Position numbers and translations under genes: made by a program
The notes under the pieces: generated by a model
Seen by the model: the letters and a program-made list of their open reading frames with translations, nothing else
The model's database searches: none
Told to the model about the DNA's origin: nothing
NCBI RefSeq assembly: GCF_006345805.1
Contig: NC_043001.1
Span: 50,592,001-50,656,000 of the forward strand
Origin: Octopus sinensis
Taxonomy: Eukaryota
Length of the DNA: 64,000 nucleotides
Reading direction: 5' to 3'
Part shown: one piece after another, positions 37,555-50,640 of the stretch
How positions within the stretch are numbered: position 1 is the first letter of the stretch
Layout of the letters: each line of letters starts with the position of its first letter

Positions 37555-38580
37555 TAAACGTACAACAACAAATAGAAAAAAAAAAGAATTACATACATGT
37601 AACAATACAAAATTTACAGGACATATAGAAGAGACTAAAGAAACCAAAATACTGTCCAAATATACAGAGAGAATTCTCATATACCAAATATGGCCAATAG
37701 TAACCAGGACAACAGTAGTGTGCAAACAAGACATTAATTCTATCAGACATTAGAATAGCCCTGTCTGGACTCCTAATTGCTCCACAATAAACTACAAAGT
37801 ACGTAAATTGTGTATTATGCATCATCAGAAGTTGCACACAAACCACACCCATAGATCATTATTTATGCATCATTGTCTTGTCATTTTACATCCACCTTTC
37901 ATGCTAGTGTGAGTTGGCTGGGTTCTCACAACTGAAATCATTTCATATTGAGAACTACTTCCCTCATAGACAAGTTAGAGGATCATACATTTTTCTTTTG
38001 GATTGGTTTTTTTTTTTTAAGGCTGGATGCCTTTCTTATTATCAACCACCTTACACTCAAGGCAACATAATTAAGGAAGAGATAGCAGAGAATGCTATGA
38101 CAGAAGAAGGTCCAAGATGGATGGGGAAAAAGAGCAAAAGTATGATTGTAGAGACAAAGTGAACGAAGAGAGAGTATGTATGATGACTGGTACTGCAGAA
38201 AGGGTGAAAGTAAAGTTTATTGCATACAGCAGGACTTATACATAGATTTTGTGATCAGCAAGAGAAGTATAGTGATGAGGATAGTGGTAATGAGGAAGTT
38301 GAATGTGAGTGGATCCCACACCACTTGTCATTATATGAATAGAACAAGTGATAGGAAGATGAGAGGACGTCAAAGATATGTGTGTGTGTGTAAGGGTGTG
38401 GGTGTGCATGTGTGAAAGAGAGATGATAAAGGAAGCTAATGAAGTTCAAAAGATAATCATTTATTCCTTTATCATCTTTCTTTCATATTACTGATCTATT
38501 CTCAGCCAATACTTTGTTCTGAAACATGCGTATATCAAGTTCTGCATTGAGTTATTGGTCTTGCAATATCTAAGCATTAC

Positions 38581-38632
<52 letters not shown>

Positions 38633-38670
38633 GCATTAGAGTATATAAATATAGATATGGCTTGTCTATG

Positions 38671-38729
38671 GGGTTACACTGGTTTTCACATCCATAAAGT
38701 ACTTAACTTTACTGCATTCCTTCAGACCC
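38671..38729 (-). ncRNA. Degenerate HHR motif downstream of PLE GIY-YIG relic
   Basis: Minus strand: gggt CTGAAGGA ...taaagt/acttta... GAAA accagt GTA accc. Confidence 0.45.
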
Positions 38730-38880
38730 TAAGCCTATGGTCTCTTTAGCAAGTGATCTCTCTAGAAAATGGAGGAGGAAAAGACTTTGTTACTCTTTCA
38801 ACAACAGGGGATTGTCTCTCTTTGATCACTACTCATAATTAACTTTTACTGACCCTGTTATCGTGTGGATCCTAGGATGT

Positions 38881-39099
38881 CATTAGGAATTTCCTGAAGT
38901 GCAAGCAAGGTCTGAAGACTTCTGTCCTGGAGTTAAGTTGTTCCCCAGATTGAGGGAGTCCTTTAATATACTTGTCCGTTCAGCTATGCAACTTGCAATG
39001 CATGGACCCATTTATGTAGGGGCCAAAATTTTCTAGGATCTTCCATGATATTATGTGTGGAGTTCTGTCATCCTTCAGTCGCCAAACATGGCTGGCTAA
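38881..39099 (-). pseudogene. PLE GIY-YIG endonuclease C-terminal relic
   Basis: LASHVWRLKDDRTPHIISWKILENFGPYINGSMHCKLHS*TDKYIKGLPQSGEQLNSRTEVFRPCLHFRKFL; whole block (38580-39180) is TA-flanked. Confidence 0.8.
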
Positions 39100-39117
39100 G
39101 TACATAACATATCTCCT

Positions 39118-39157
<40 letters not shown>

Positions 39158-39579
39158 TTATATATATATATATATATATATCATCATTGTTTAATGTCTG
39201 CTTTACATGCTAGCCTGATTTGGATGATTTGACTGAGGACTGGCAAGCCAGGAGGCTGCACCAGGCCCCAATCTGATCTGGCAAGGTTTCTGCAGCTGGA
39301 AGCCCTTCCTAATGCCAACCACTCTAAGAATGTTGTGGGTGCTTTTTACATGTCACCAGTATGGGTGCCAACCAGGCAGCATCTTCCTATTACTTGTCCA
39401 TTCATATAATGACAGGTGGTATGGGATCCACTCACATTATATACACACAGACACACACATTGTACAATCTGTTTTTCACTCTGAGGGAGAAGCCCTTTGT
39501 TTCTAACAGAGATAATAGATATCTGAACATTTTCTAACCCATTCTTACACCAGCTGCTATGCTTTTGGAACTTCTCTGC

Positions 39580-40260
39580 CATCACTACCATTACTAATTA
39601 GACCACCCAGATAGCAAAAGCTGTCAACTATTTCTGGGCATTCTTAGTTATTACTGAGCTATCTTAGTTATTACTGTCCTTGTTCACCTGCTGCATATGA
39701 AGTCTATCTTTTCTGTTAGCCTGTCTGTGATCTTACTGCAGCTACTGTGTATCCATGATTTGTAGTGGGTACACCATATGGAATTTCTACTTGTGTTTTT
39801 TTTCTGCATATTGAGCATGGTCATTTCTCTGGTGGTAGCATGGTCCTAACTTTATTCCAGCTGGTTAATACTTTAATGTGTGCTAAATTAACATTGATGC
39901 CTCTTAACTCTAAAATTTGTTTCTACATCTGGAACTTCTTCAAGTATACTACCGATTCAGCTTATGCATTGCTGAATGCATTACTGACTCTTGGCTTGCT
40001 GACTGCACTTCTGTACATAGCTTGCACAGCTCTTACAACCATTCATATTATCCTAGCTTCCTCAGAAACCACCATTCCATAGTGCATTGAAACTTGTTAA
40101 AGGTCTTTTTTAGGTTGGCAACTGCCAGTTATAGAGGGTTATTCCTGGCTAAGTAATTCTGCATTTACTTTAATAGGAAAATAGCATCAGTAGGTACAAA
40201 ATTAACTGCACTTCATCTTGGTTAATTATCAATTATCAACTGATAACTTCCACAGCCTAG
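39580..40260 (-). pseudogene. Decayed RTE RT fragment
   Basis: DAIFLLK*MQNYLARNNPL*LAVANLKKTFNK...VVRAVQAMYRSAVSK. Confidence 0.7.
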
Positions 40261-40540
40261 TTCAACAGTTAGATACCTCTGTAATTAACTCTCTCTCCAA
40301 TGCATCTCCTTTGCTTCTGTAGCAGCCAGCATTGATACTGTTACTCAGGCCATTCGGATGGCTTCTTCCTAAACTCCTGACTAAATATGTAGGTGGTTAG
40401 TTTGTGGCCTTCTTCATCAGACATCATAAGCATCTCAGCAGTTATTTCTGGTGGTGCTGATACTTTCTCTGTCTTGACTTCTTTAATCTCTCTATCTGCC
40501 ATACCACAGGAAACTTGAATAACTCGTCCCTCTGTACAGT

Positions 40541-42100
40541 ATACATGGGGATATGGTTATGAAACATGGAATAAAGAGGTTGGGGGGGCCAAGGTTCTTT
40601 GAGTTCTATGATGTAAACAACTAAAACATTTGCAATATCAACTGCAGGAAATTGGCAAGTCACCTGATTACCTACCAATTAGGTGAACACAAGCTGCATG
40701 AAAGTTTCCTTCATCAGAAAAAGAGATAGATAGATGGTTGTGAATATCAAGTCTTTCCTTGATGGAGGGTGTACAACCCAATTTAGACTAGTGGTTAGCA
40801 ACACCAGAATAAGAAGTAAGAACTAGACAGACTCTGAGATAAAGACAATTTTGAAAAGGAAAATATATAAGGCCCTCTTTTTCCTCTACATTCTTTGTAT
40901 TCAGCAACTTCTCATAATAACTCTTCTACACTCTTACTCCAGTATTGGTAGGAGTTGCTGCACCACTACTATTTCTGCTTTGTAGTCTTGAATACCTCAT
41001 GCCTCTGAACTCCATGCATTAGAATATTGACTAACTTCTTTCTTTAGGTTTCGCACCTAGCTAAATATACTTGATGTCAAGCTTTTCTTGCTGCTTCCTT
41101 TTTTCCAGTCTTCTTTCTTAACCCTATGGTTCTTATCTACAGAGCTGTTTCAGCATCAAGTCCATTGGGACCTTGCTTCAGCCACAGATCAGTTAAGTTG
41201 CCATTGGCGAGCTGGCAGAAACGTTAGCACACTGGCGAAATGCTTAGCAGTATTTCGTCTGTCTTTACATTCTGAGTTCAAATTCTGCTGAGGTCAACTT
41301 TGCCTTTCGTCCTTTCGGGATCGATAAATTAAGTACCAGTTGTGTACTGGAGTCGACCTAATAGACAGGTCCCGTCCCCTAAAATTTTGGGCCTTGTGCC
41401 TAGAATAGAAAAGAATATGTTACCACACACAAACTCTTAATTGTCTTCTAAGCTATAACTTTCTACCTCCTCCTCTATCTCATCAACCAATACCGATCCA
41501 AACCTATTACTAACTGAAGGTTCCTACAACTTATATATTTTCCTTCTCAAAATTGTCTTTATCTCAGAGTCTGTCTAGTTCTTACTTCTTATTCTGGTGT
41601 TGCTAACCACTAGTCTATATTGGGTTGTACACCCTCCATCAAGGAAAGACTTGATATTCACAATCTCTTTTTCTTATTTCTTGATTGCCCACAAGGGGCT
41701 AAACATAGAGGGGACAAACAAGGACAGACAAAGGGATTAAGTTGATTAGATCGACCCCAGTGCATAACTGGTACTTAATTTATTGACCCTGAAAGGATGA
41801 AAGGCAAAGTCGACCTCGGCAGAATTTGAACTCAGAACATAGCGGCAGACGAAATACCACCAAGTATTTCGCCCGGCATGCTAACATTGCTAGTTCGCCA
41901 CCTTCATCCATCTATCTCTTTTTCTGATGAAGAAAACTTTCATGCAGCTTCTGTGTACACCTAATTGGTAGGTAATCAGGTGACTTGCCAATTTCCTGCA
42001 GTTGATATTGCAAATGTTTTAGTTGTTTACATCATAGAACTCAAAGAACCTTGGCCCCCAACCTCTTTATTCCATGTTTCATAACCATATCCCCATGTAT
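40541..42100. repeat. Long inverted repeat (~330-bp arms 40541-40871 and 41530-42100; right arm split by SINE A)
   Basis: atacatggggatatggttatg...ggaaaatatataag versus cttatatattttcc...cataaccatatccccatgtat. Confidence 0.85.
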
Positions 42101-43539
42101 GCCTGATAAGCCCTTGTAATGTTGTCCAATATGTTTGTTAAAGTCACTGGCCCATGTTAATGAGATCATTGTCACTTGTCTCAGATATAATCTGAAGGCA
42201 TGTGGCTAAGAGGTTAGGGTATCTAGCACAGAACTGTAATGTTATGAGTTCAAAAACCGGTGTATTATGTCCATGAGCAAGACACTTAATTTCACATTGC
42301 TCCAGTCCACACAGAGCCAGCCTTATCACATTCTGTGTAAAGCTGAATCTCTTTGAGAACTGCTCTAAAGGTATGTGTGTTTGTGGAGTGCTCAACCACT
42401 TGCATGTTAACTTCATAACCAGGCTGTTCTGTTGATCAGATCAACTGGAACCCTTGTCATCATAACTGACAAAGTGCCAGAATCTGCAGAATGGTTTTGT
42501 TAAAGCCGACATTCTGTTCAGCTTGCAGTCCTGAGTATGGTGCATATGCTGAGATAAATATCACTGTCATCTTAGCTTAAACTTATATTGGCTAAAAATA
42601 TATATGTCTGGGATGCTTTGATTAATAAAAGAGACACAATGGCCAGTAAAAATATATATTATGAATGTGTGTAAGAATGGGACAACTGAGGATAGATGTA
42701 TGGAGACATGAGGCCTCAAAATGCATTTCTTAAGTGAAGCTAATGAGATGGCAATGGTTTTCAATGGAACATATTTTGAAAGGCTTATCAGAATTAGTGA
42801 TGGTAGAAGTCGGGCAGGTAGATGCATTGTGGATGAGATGGGGGTGGGAGGAAGCAAAAGAATCAAATTGATAAAAATTTGAATGGATGTACATTAAAGA
42901 AGAATAAATCAAAGAGGGTAACACAGTGAATAAAGATTTCATTGAAACTTACAGTAGAAACTATGAACAAATAAGGTTTATAAGTAGATGTATGTTAAAT
43001 AGACAGAGATGGAGACAGAAATAAAGAAAAATCTTTAGCAGAGAAATGTTTAACCAACATTTAAAACAGAGACTAGTTGTATAATAGACAGTGGATTGTT
43101 AAGAAGCAGAGAAAATAGCAAAAGATAATTAAAAAAAAAGCTGAAAGACATATTTTTATGCTTTAACAGCAACTGAATGTTAAAATGTTAAAATGTTAAA
43201 ATGACCAAGAATGAAAGAGGGGAAAAAGGCAGATGGTAGGGTAGTGAAGAGGTGTAAATCATTTTCATCTTCTTGAATGCAAGAGGAATATTTCTAATAT
43301 CACAGAACCATAAAGAATTAAGTGAATGAAAGTTTGAGTAGGTGAGTGTTAAACAGGAATAAACCAAAGTTTATATGTAAGTATACATTAAATTTGAAAG
43401 ACAGAAAGAAAGATTTTATGAGAACTCTTAGTAGAGAATAAGAATAAACTAAGTTTATACATAGAGCTAAAGATAAAGGCCATCTGGACATGCAAAAGAT
43501 TGAATTGTCATTTTCATTTACGATGGAGAAAAGATAGTA

Positions 43540-43850
43540 CAAAGAGCATTCTAGAAGTTTGCGGAGTTTTTCAGTATAGTCATTTATTAATTTCTAAGTA
43601 TAAAACTCTTTTAAAATAGGATCTTCTGACTTCATTGCATTTGTTGTAGTACTCCAGTTACTTTGTGAGGGCCCTATAGAATGCCTCTAAAGTGTAGATA
43701 TCTAGGGCCCTTCTTACAGCTTCCATCATCATCAAAACGACTGCCCCTTGAGGTTTTCCTTCAGCATGGGGAACGACCAAAAGTCAAAGGACATAAGTCT
43801 GGACTGTAGGGAGGGTAGTTGGTTACCAGAAGCTTGTCAATGGTAACCAA
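43540..43850 (-). mobile_element. Mariner 3' fragment
   Basis: Degenerate PPYSPDL..FDFWSFPMLKENLKG on the minus strand. Confidence 0.65.
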
Positions 43851-44100
43851 CTAAAAGCTGGCGAGATGGCAGAAACGTTAGCATGCCGGGTGAAATGCTT
43901 AGCGGTATTTCGTCTGCCGTTACGTTCTGAGTTCAAATTCTGCCGAGGTTGACTTTGGCCTTTCATCCTTTCGGGGTCGATTAAATAAGTACCAGTTATG
44001 CACTGGGGTTGATATAATAGACTTAATCCATTTGTCTGTCCTTGTTTGTCCTCTCTGTGTTTAGCCCCTTGTGGATAGTAAAGAAATAGGTATTTCGTTA

Positions 44101-44383
44101 TCTTTTTTTCTTCACAAATGTAAATAAACCCAATCTGTATCTTAAACGAGGGACATATTCATACAGCACAGAATGTTGTTTACGTCAATGGAGGTAATCG
44201 ATTGGTTAAAATTGCCGAAATGCTTGAAATTTCAGACGAAATATCTTACAAACTATAAAATTTTCTCAATAAAGCCAAGAGAAAATGATGTTTTATAAAC
44301 GCATTCTACCAGTATATGAAGTTTAAAACTTTTTAGTTACCTAGAAATTATGTTACAAAGTGCCGTTCAAAAGGAAAAGATCC
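44101..44383. mobile_element. Partial Merlin-like MITE abutting SINE A
   Basis: Homologous to 407-833; ends gccgttcaaaaggaaaagatcc. Confidence 0.75.
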
Positions 44384-44404
44384 TATATATGCATACACAC
44401 ACAC

Positions 44405-44468
<64 letters not shown>

Positions 44469-44469
44469 C

Positions 44470-45507
44470 TTGGAGAACAGAAAAGAAACGAAACGACACG
44501 AGGTCGCTCAGTCATGCATTAAATTAATAAATAAAATATATGCATACATACATATATGTACGTACCTACATCTACATGTATATATACATGCATATATAAA
44601 TATATATATATGTGAGTACAGGACACCACAAATAGACGTAGAACTCAACGAGAAGCGAAAACGTAAAAACAAACATGGAAACGGACTTTTTTTAACAACG
44701 ACAAAACAGAGTAGAAGACAAACAATACAAGGAAAATTCCCCTTCATCAGCTGTCCCTAGTTCGACTATATGCGTGTTTCGAGGGTAAGGACAGAACACG
44801 ATGCGTCGAACTAGCCCTTCCTGCGAAAGAATTAAATAAAATTCCTTTGCAGAGGGGTAAAAACAAGGAAAGAAAAAAATGTGACAAAAACAGGGCGTAA
44901 AAACATTACAAATAAAAAAAAATACAAATACAAAAAAATAGTACAAGTAAAGAATAAAAACAGGACAAGGAAACAAACATTGAGGGCTTTTTTTTTGGCC
45001 TAGACGATGGAAAAATTCAAGAGCGCAGGAAAAAAGCATGTTCACTCGTAGGAGGCCGCCAGCGAAAGGAAGTGGTCGACTCGGCTGTGTGAGAGATGAG
45101 GAGGAGTAAGAGAGAGAGAGATAGAGAGGAAAGGAAACCAGAAAGGGTGAAAAATAAAGAGAGAGACAGGCAAAGAGGAAGACAGATAGGAAGGTAGGGA
45201 AGGTCAAGCAAAGGGTTACAGAGTTTCATGTCATAATTATATATAAAAACTTACTTAGAGAACAGAAAAGAAACGAAACGACGCGAGGGCGCTCAGTCAT
45301 GCAATAAATTAATAAATAAAATATACGCATACATACATACATATATGTACGCATCCATCGTCTAGGCCAAAAAAAGGCCCTCAATGTTTGTTTCCTTGTC
45401 CTGTTTTTATTCTTTACTTGTACTGTATTTATATATGCATGTTTATATACATGTAGATGTAGGTACGTACATATATGTATGTATGTATGCATATATTTTA
45501 TTTATTA

Positions 45508-45512
<5 letters not shown>
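44470..45512. mobile_element. TA-flanked element with direct plus inverted terminal segments (PLE pLTR-like)
   Basis: 44473-44565 repeated directly at 45257-45350; 44940-45011 and 44520-44605 inverted at 45355-45510. Confidence 0.7.
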
Positions 45513-45544
<32 letters not shown>

Positions 45545-45559
45545 TATATACATATACAT

Positions 45560-45942
45560 CTATATATGGGGAGTTGCAGTATGGTAAATGTTTGAGACAT
45601 AGACCTAATAAACGTTTTAGGGATGCTGTCAAAAGCAACCTTAAGGCTCTTAATGTGAAAGCTGAAGACCGGGAGCATACGACGCAAGATCGATCGATTT
45701 GGAAACAAATGATCTACAATAGATATAAAGCATTTAAAGCTCAAAGAATTGAACAATCTATCTTGAAACAAGCACTTTGCACATAGGACTTAACAACAAT
45801 CCCAGACACTTAACTGCTTAAAAATATTTGTAAAGTCTACAGTAGAGTTTGTCAAGAGCAGGATTTGCTAGTCATATAAGATCTCATTTATTAATTGAAG
45901 AGATGGCCCTCTTCTGTAAAGAAGTGGCAATCATCATCATCA
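45560..45942 (+). pseudogene. RTE (BovB-like) 3' fragment with (CAT)n tail
   Basis: YGELQYGKCLRHRPNKRFRDAVKSNLK...DRSIWKQ. Confidence 0.8.
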
Positions 45943-46277
45943 TATATGTATATATATATATATATATATATACATACATATATATATATATTATATATAT
46001 ATATATAATATATATATATATATAATATATACACACACATATATATACATACATTATATATACACACATATATAAATATATATATATATATACTTATATA
46101 TAAACATATATATATGCATATATATTTACATATATATATATATATTGCAATAAGGGTTATAGCTATTTCTTCTACTAAAAAGGGAGATCTCAGTAAAAAA
46201 ACAGCATTTGGAAGGCAGAGACACAACAGGTAAGAGAGAATGAATTGACTGCAATCTATCATACATTTTTTTAGTTA

Positions 46278-46384
46278 TCTACGGACGTACGTTTCGAAAT
46301 CAAGTTTTTAGGAAAGCATAAGAATTAAATATTAAATATTAAATAATTCTATCTTACCGAAACTTCTTTTCTCTTCAGCGTAGA
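46278..46384 (-). ncRNA. Type I hammerhead ribozyme (inverted copy)
   Basis: tctacg CTGAAGA g...c GAAAC GTAC GTC cgtaga on the minus strand. Confidence 0.82.
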
Positions 46385-46706
46385 ATACTATAATCATAAA
46401 TGATTATATATTGAATTTTGAGATACCAGAAGGCACCAACTCAACTCAGTATCAGAGCGAGCTAGAATCCGCAACTGGTATCACCGAATTCAATTTGTGA
46501 ATGAAACGATTGTGTCAACATCCCCTTCCCACCCGCGTGTAGCCAAAACAAGATGCTGTGGTCATCTACTGAGATAAATAATCGTTTCATTCACAAATTG
46601 AATTCGGTGATACCAGTTGCGGATTCTAGCTCGCTCTGATACTGAGTTGAGTTGGTGCCTTCTGGTATCTCAAAATTCAATATATAATCATTTATGATTA
46701 TAGTAT

Positions 46707-46811
46707 TCTACGCTGAAGAGAAAAGAAGTTTCGGTAAGATAGAATTATTTAATTTAATATTTAATTCTTATGCTTTCCTAAAAACTTGATTTCGAAACGT
46801 ACGTCCGTAGA
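46707..46811 (+). ncRNA. Type I hammerhead ribozyme, unit 1
   Basis: tctacg CTGAAGA gaaaagaagttt...aaacttgatttc GAAAC GTAC GTC cgtaga; predicted cleavage after 46805. Confidence 0.85.
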
Positions 46812-47303
46812 TAACTAAAAAATGTATGATAGATTGCAGTCAATTCATTCTCTCTTACCTGTTTGTGTCTGCCTTCCAAATGCTGTTTTTACTGAGATCT
46901 CCCTTTTTAGTAGAAGAAATAGCTATAACCCTTTGACTGCTATTTCTAAATTCGGTATGTGGTAAGGCAATTCGTTGCTAAACCCTTATTGCTTAGTATT
47001 ACTTAAATTTTCCTCGAATGAGGCTTTTACATGCCGAAGACTACTTGGTGTAATTGATAATTTTTCCAAATTAATTAATTTCACCCTTCATTATTACGGA
47101 TAACCATATTTTATCTCAGTAGATGACCACAGCATCTTGTTTTGGCTACACGCGGGTGGGAAGGGGATGTTGACACAATCGTTTCATTCACAAATTGAAT
47201 TCGGTGATACCAGTTGCGGATTCTAGCTCGCTCTGATACTGAGTTGAGTTGGTGCCTTCTGGTATCTCAAAATTCAATATATAATCATTTATGATTATAG
47301 TAT

Positions 47304-47410
47304 TCTACGCTGAAGAGAAAAGAAGTTTCGGTAAGATAGAATTATTTAATATTTAATATTTAATTCTTATGCTTTCCTAAAAACTTGATTTCGAAACGTA
47401 CGTCCGTAGA
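47304..47410 (+). ncRNA. Type I hammerhead ribozyme, unit 2
   Basis: Same motif; predicted cleavage after 47404. Confidence 0.85.
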
Positions 47411-47906
47411 TAACTAAAAAAATGTATGATAGATTGCAGTCAATTCATTCTCTTACCTGTTTGTGTCTGCCTTCCAAATGCTGTTTTTACTGAGATCTCC
47501 CTTTTTAGTAGAAGAAATAGCTATAACCCTTTGACTGCTATTTCTAAATTCGGTATGTGGTAAGGCAATTCGTTGCTAAACCCTTATTGCTTAGTATTAC
47601 TTAAATTTTCCTCGAATGAGGCTTTTACATGCCGAAGACTACTTGGTGTAATTGATAATTTTTCCAAATTATTAATTAATTTCACCCTTCATTATTACGG
47701 ATAACCATATTTTATCTCAGTAGATGACCACACAGCATCTTGTTTTGGCTACACGCGGGTGGAAAGGGGATGTTGACACAATCGTTTCATTCACAAATTG
47801 AATTCGGTGATACCAGTTGCGGATTCTAGCTCGCTCTGATACTGAGTTGAGTTGGTGCCTTCTGGTATCTCAAAATTCAATATATAATCATTTATGATTA
47901 TAGTAT

Positions 47907-48013
47907 TCTACGCTGAAGAGAAAAGAAGTTTCGGTAAGATAGAATTATTTAATATTTAATATTTAATTCTTATGCTTTCCTAAAAACTTGATTTCGAAAC
48001 GTACGTCCGTAGA
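47907..48013 (+). ncRNA. Type I hammerhead ribozyme, unit 3
   Basis: Same motif; predicted cleavage after 48007. Confidence 0.85.
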
Positions 48014-50299
48014 TAACTAAAAAAATGTATGATAGATTGCAGTCAATTCATTCTCTCTTACCTGTTTGTGTCTGCCTTCCAAATGCTGTTTTTACTGAGA
48101 TCTCCCTTTTTAGTAGAAGAAATAGCTATAACCCTTTGACTGCTATTTCTAAATTCGGTATGTGGTAAGGCAATTCGTTGCTAAACCCTTATTGCTTAGT
48201 ATATATATATATATATATATATACACTCACACATACACACACACACCACACACACACACACACCACACACACACACATATATATATATATCTATATATAT
48301 ATATGTATGTATGTATACATACATATATCTTTAGTTAAATATATTCAATGAGAATATTATATACTGAATTTATATTGAGTGCGCTATTGTATTAAAGTAT
48401 TTATGTATTTAATATGAGCGATTATATATATTTTATATAATATATTATTATTAATATCAGGAAACCAATATTAGAAAATTCTTCAGAATGATATATACAT
48501 GTGTAAAATAACAGTTGTATTAAAATTATAAATATATATAAATATATGTAAATATGTATATGTATAAATATATAATAATAAATATGATAGTTTAAAAGTT
48601 TCGGATTACACTGTTTGTCAAGCAGTAAGATAGGGGACAAACACAGACTCAAAGACACACACACACATAGATATACATATAAAATCCACTCACATGGCTT
48701 TGGTCAGCCTGAGGCTATAGCAGAAGACACCCGCCCAAGGTACCACACAGTTAGACTGAACCCAGAACCATGTGGTTAAAAAGAGAGTGGGAGGGAGAGA
48801 GAGAAACAGACAGAAAGACAGAGGTTTGCTTAATCAGAACTGACATGGAGTTACACAACAACAAACAAAAATAAGAAACCCTTTTCATGGCCACTTGATC
48901 TCAGCAAACATCCACAAACTGAATAATTATCTATTGTTGTCTAATTTAAAATCACATGTAAAATACCTTATCTTTTAAATTAACAAAACAAATGTTTCCT
49001 CTGTTACAAGAATAGATAACAAAATGGAAATCAGAGCCAATGGAAAATAAAAAAAAATTCAAATATGTCCTCATTGTGAACCTCAGCTTTGACCCTAAAC
49101 CTAACCCTAATCCTAATTTAACTAAGAGCAACTCCTTATGTAAGTAAATTTTAACTCTTTTATATCTATGAAAAATCTTCTTTGTTACAAGAATAGATAC
49201 TAGAATGAAAACCTTGGGTCAGTGGAAGGTACAAATGAGTCAACTATTGACTTTATTACCATTGAGAAACATACTTTGACTCAAAAATGATATCTTATCA
49301 AGTCCAAACTTTTATATTAGATTTATGAGAATTCCTACTGAGAGTTTAAACTAAATTATTTTAATGCTCATGTTACGTGCAATAATATTCTTTACAACAA
49401 TCAAATTACAAGATTAGGGACAGATGTGTATGGAGAAGAACACTGATATCTGTTGCAATTTTTGATAACAAAACTTTTATTCTTTTTGTACACAAAAAAC
49501 AAATACTGTTCTTATTACAAATGGAAAAATATCAAGAGAGTTTGGCTGTTATTGTTCTTGGTGTAATTGTAACAGCAATCTAAAAGTTAGCTGCTGGTTG
49601 TTGTGTTGCTGTGGCTGGTCATTCATTGTGCCTGTTGTCAGCTTGGGTCAGTATCTGTCTGCATCTTTGTAATGTTTGTCTGCCATCTTGTCTCTGCTAC
49701 CTCTCAATGCTCTCTCCAAGCCTTCTGTCAAAAGTCAAGGTGTGTTAAATTTATACTAATGGTTAGGCTCAGAAGGAAGTGCACCAAACAATGAAATCAT
49801 TGCTGGAACCTATTCCATACAAAGTTGTGATTGATCAGATTTTGTTGATCATGTGAGTAATATTCTAGCAAATTGTGACATCAGGTGTAGTGATCTGACT
49901 GCTGAACATTCCCGCTACAGATGTAAGACTTTGCTGTACACTTTGTGTGACACTATTCACAGGTACACCAATAATTTATAATTATTTCTTACTGCTAGAT
50001 CTGTAACTTGCATTCTAAATAGAGTTGTAGGATTGTCTGGGATAATTTCTGTAGGCTGGGAATCATAGGTAATTGCTTACAAGCAGTCATTTCATATTTC
50101 ATCGAAGTGATGAATCAACAGAAATGTTAGAGTGTAGATAAACAGCCATTATGTATATATGTATATATGGATGGATTTGGGTGGGTAGGTAGGCGGGTAT
50201 GTATGATCTTCTCTCTCTTTTCAATTTAGAGTAAATTTTGAGCAACCACCCACTTGGTAGCAAGGTTGCGAAGGAAAGCATCTTTTGTTCATCATCCTT

Positions 50300-50640
50300 T
50301 AAGTTTTAAGAAGGTCTTGCAAACTTTTATAGTCCCAAATATCATGATCATTTGTATAGTATGAATTAAGGATTTACATTCTGTATTCTGTTGCTCTAAT
50401 AATAATAGGTCTGAAACCGAAAGTTTATCTTAAGTACTGGATTTGCAAATTCCTTATAAATGGTCCATAGATGTCCTCTTTCTCTTGTATTTTTCAAACT
50501 ACATTGGTGTCCAGAGGGCAGCTGATTTCTATAACAGAACATATCTTTTCCTTGTGGTCCTACACAAGAATATCTGGTCAGTTGTGTTTTAACTTGGTAG
50601 TTGTTGTAATTTTTAAGTGCCACCTATATTTTTTTTGACC
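50300..50640 (-). pseudogene. RLE-domain non-LTR retrotransposon relic (R4/NeSL/CRE-type)
   Basis: TTTKLKHN*PDILV*DHKEKICSVIEISCPLDTNVV*KIQEKEDIYG...FRPIII and terminal CKTFL. Confidence 0.72.

Larger units (their letters stand above)
46146..48200 (+). mobile_element. HHR-bearing ~600-bp tandem array (2.7 units, 46581-48200) preceded by an inverted partial copy (46146-46578); retrozyme/PLE pLTR-like
   Basis: Unit marker atcgtttcattcacaaattg at 46581, 47178, 47781 (periods 597, 603); (TA)n on both sides. Confidence 0.9.

Noticed and set aside
38303-39440. ~60-bp inverted match 38303-38360 / 39380-39438 as another fold-back duplication
   Set aside because: Diverged and adjacent to RTE-tail-like repeats; more simply two dispersed copies
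49560-50100. Coding-like unique sequence on the minus strand
   Set aside because: Multiple stops in the frames inspected; no recognisable family
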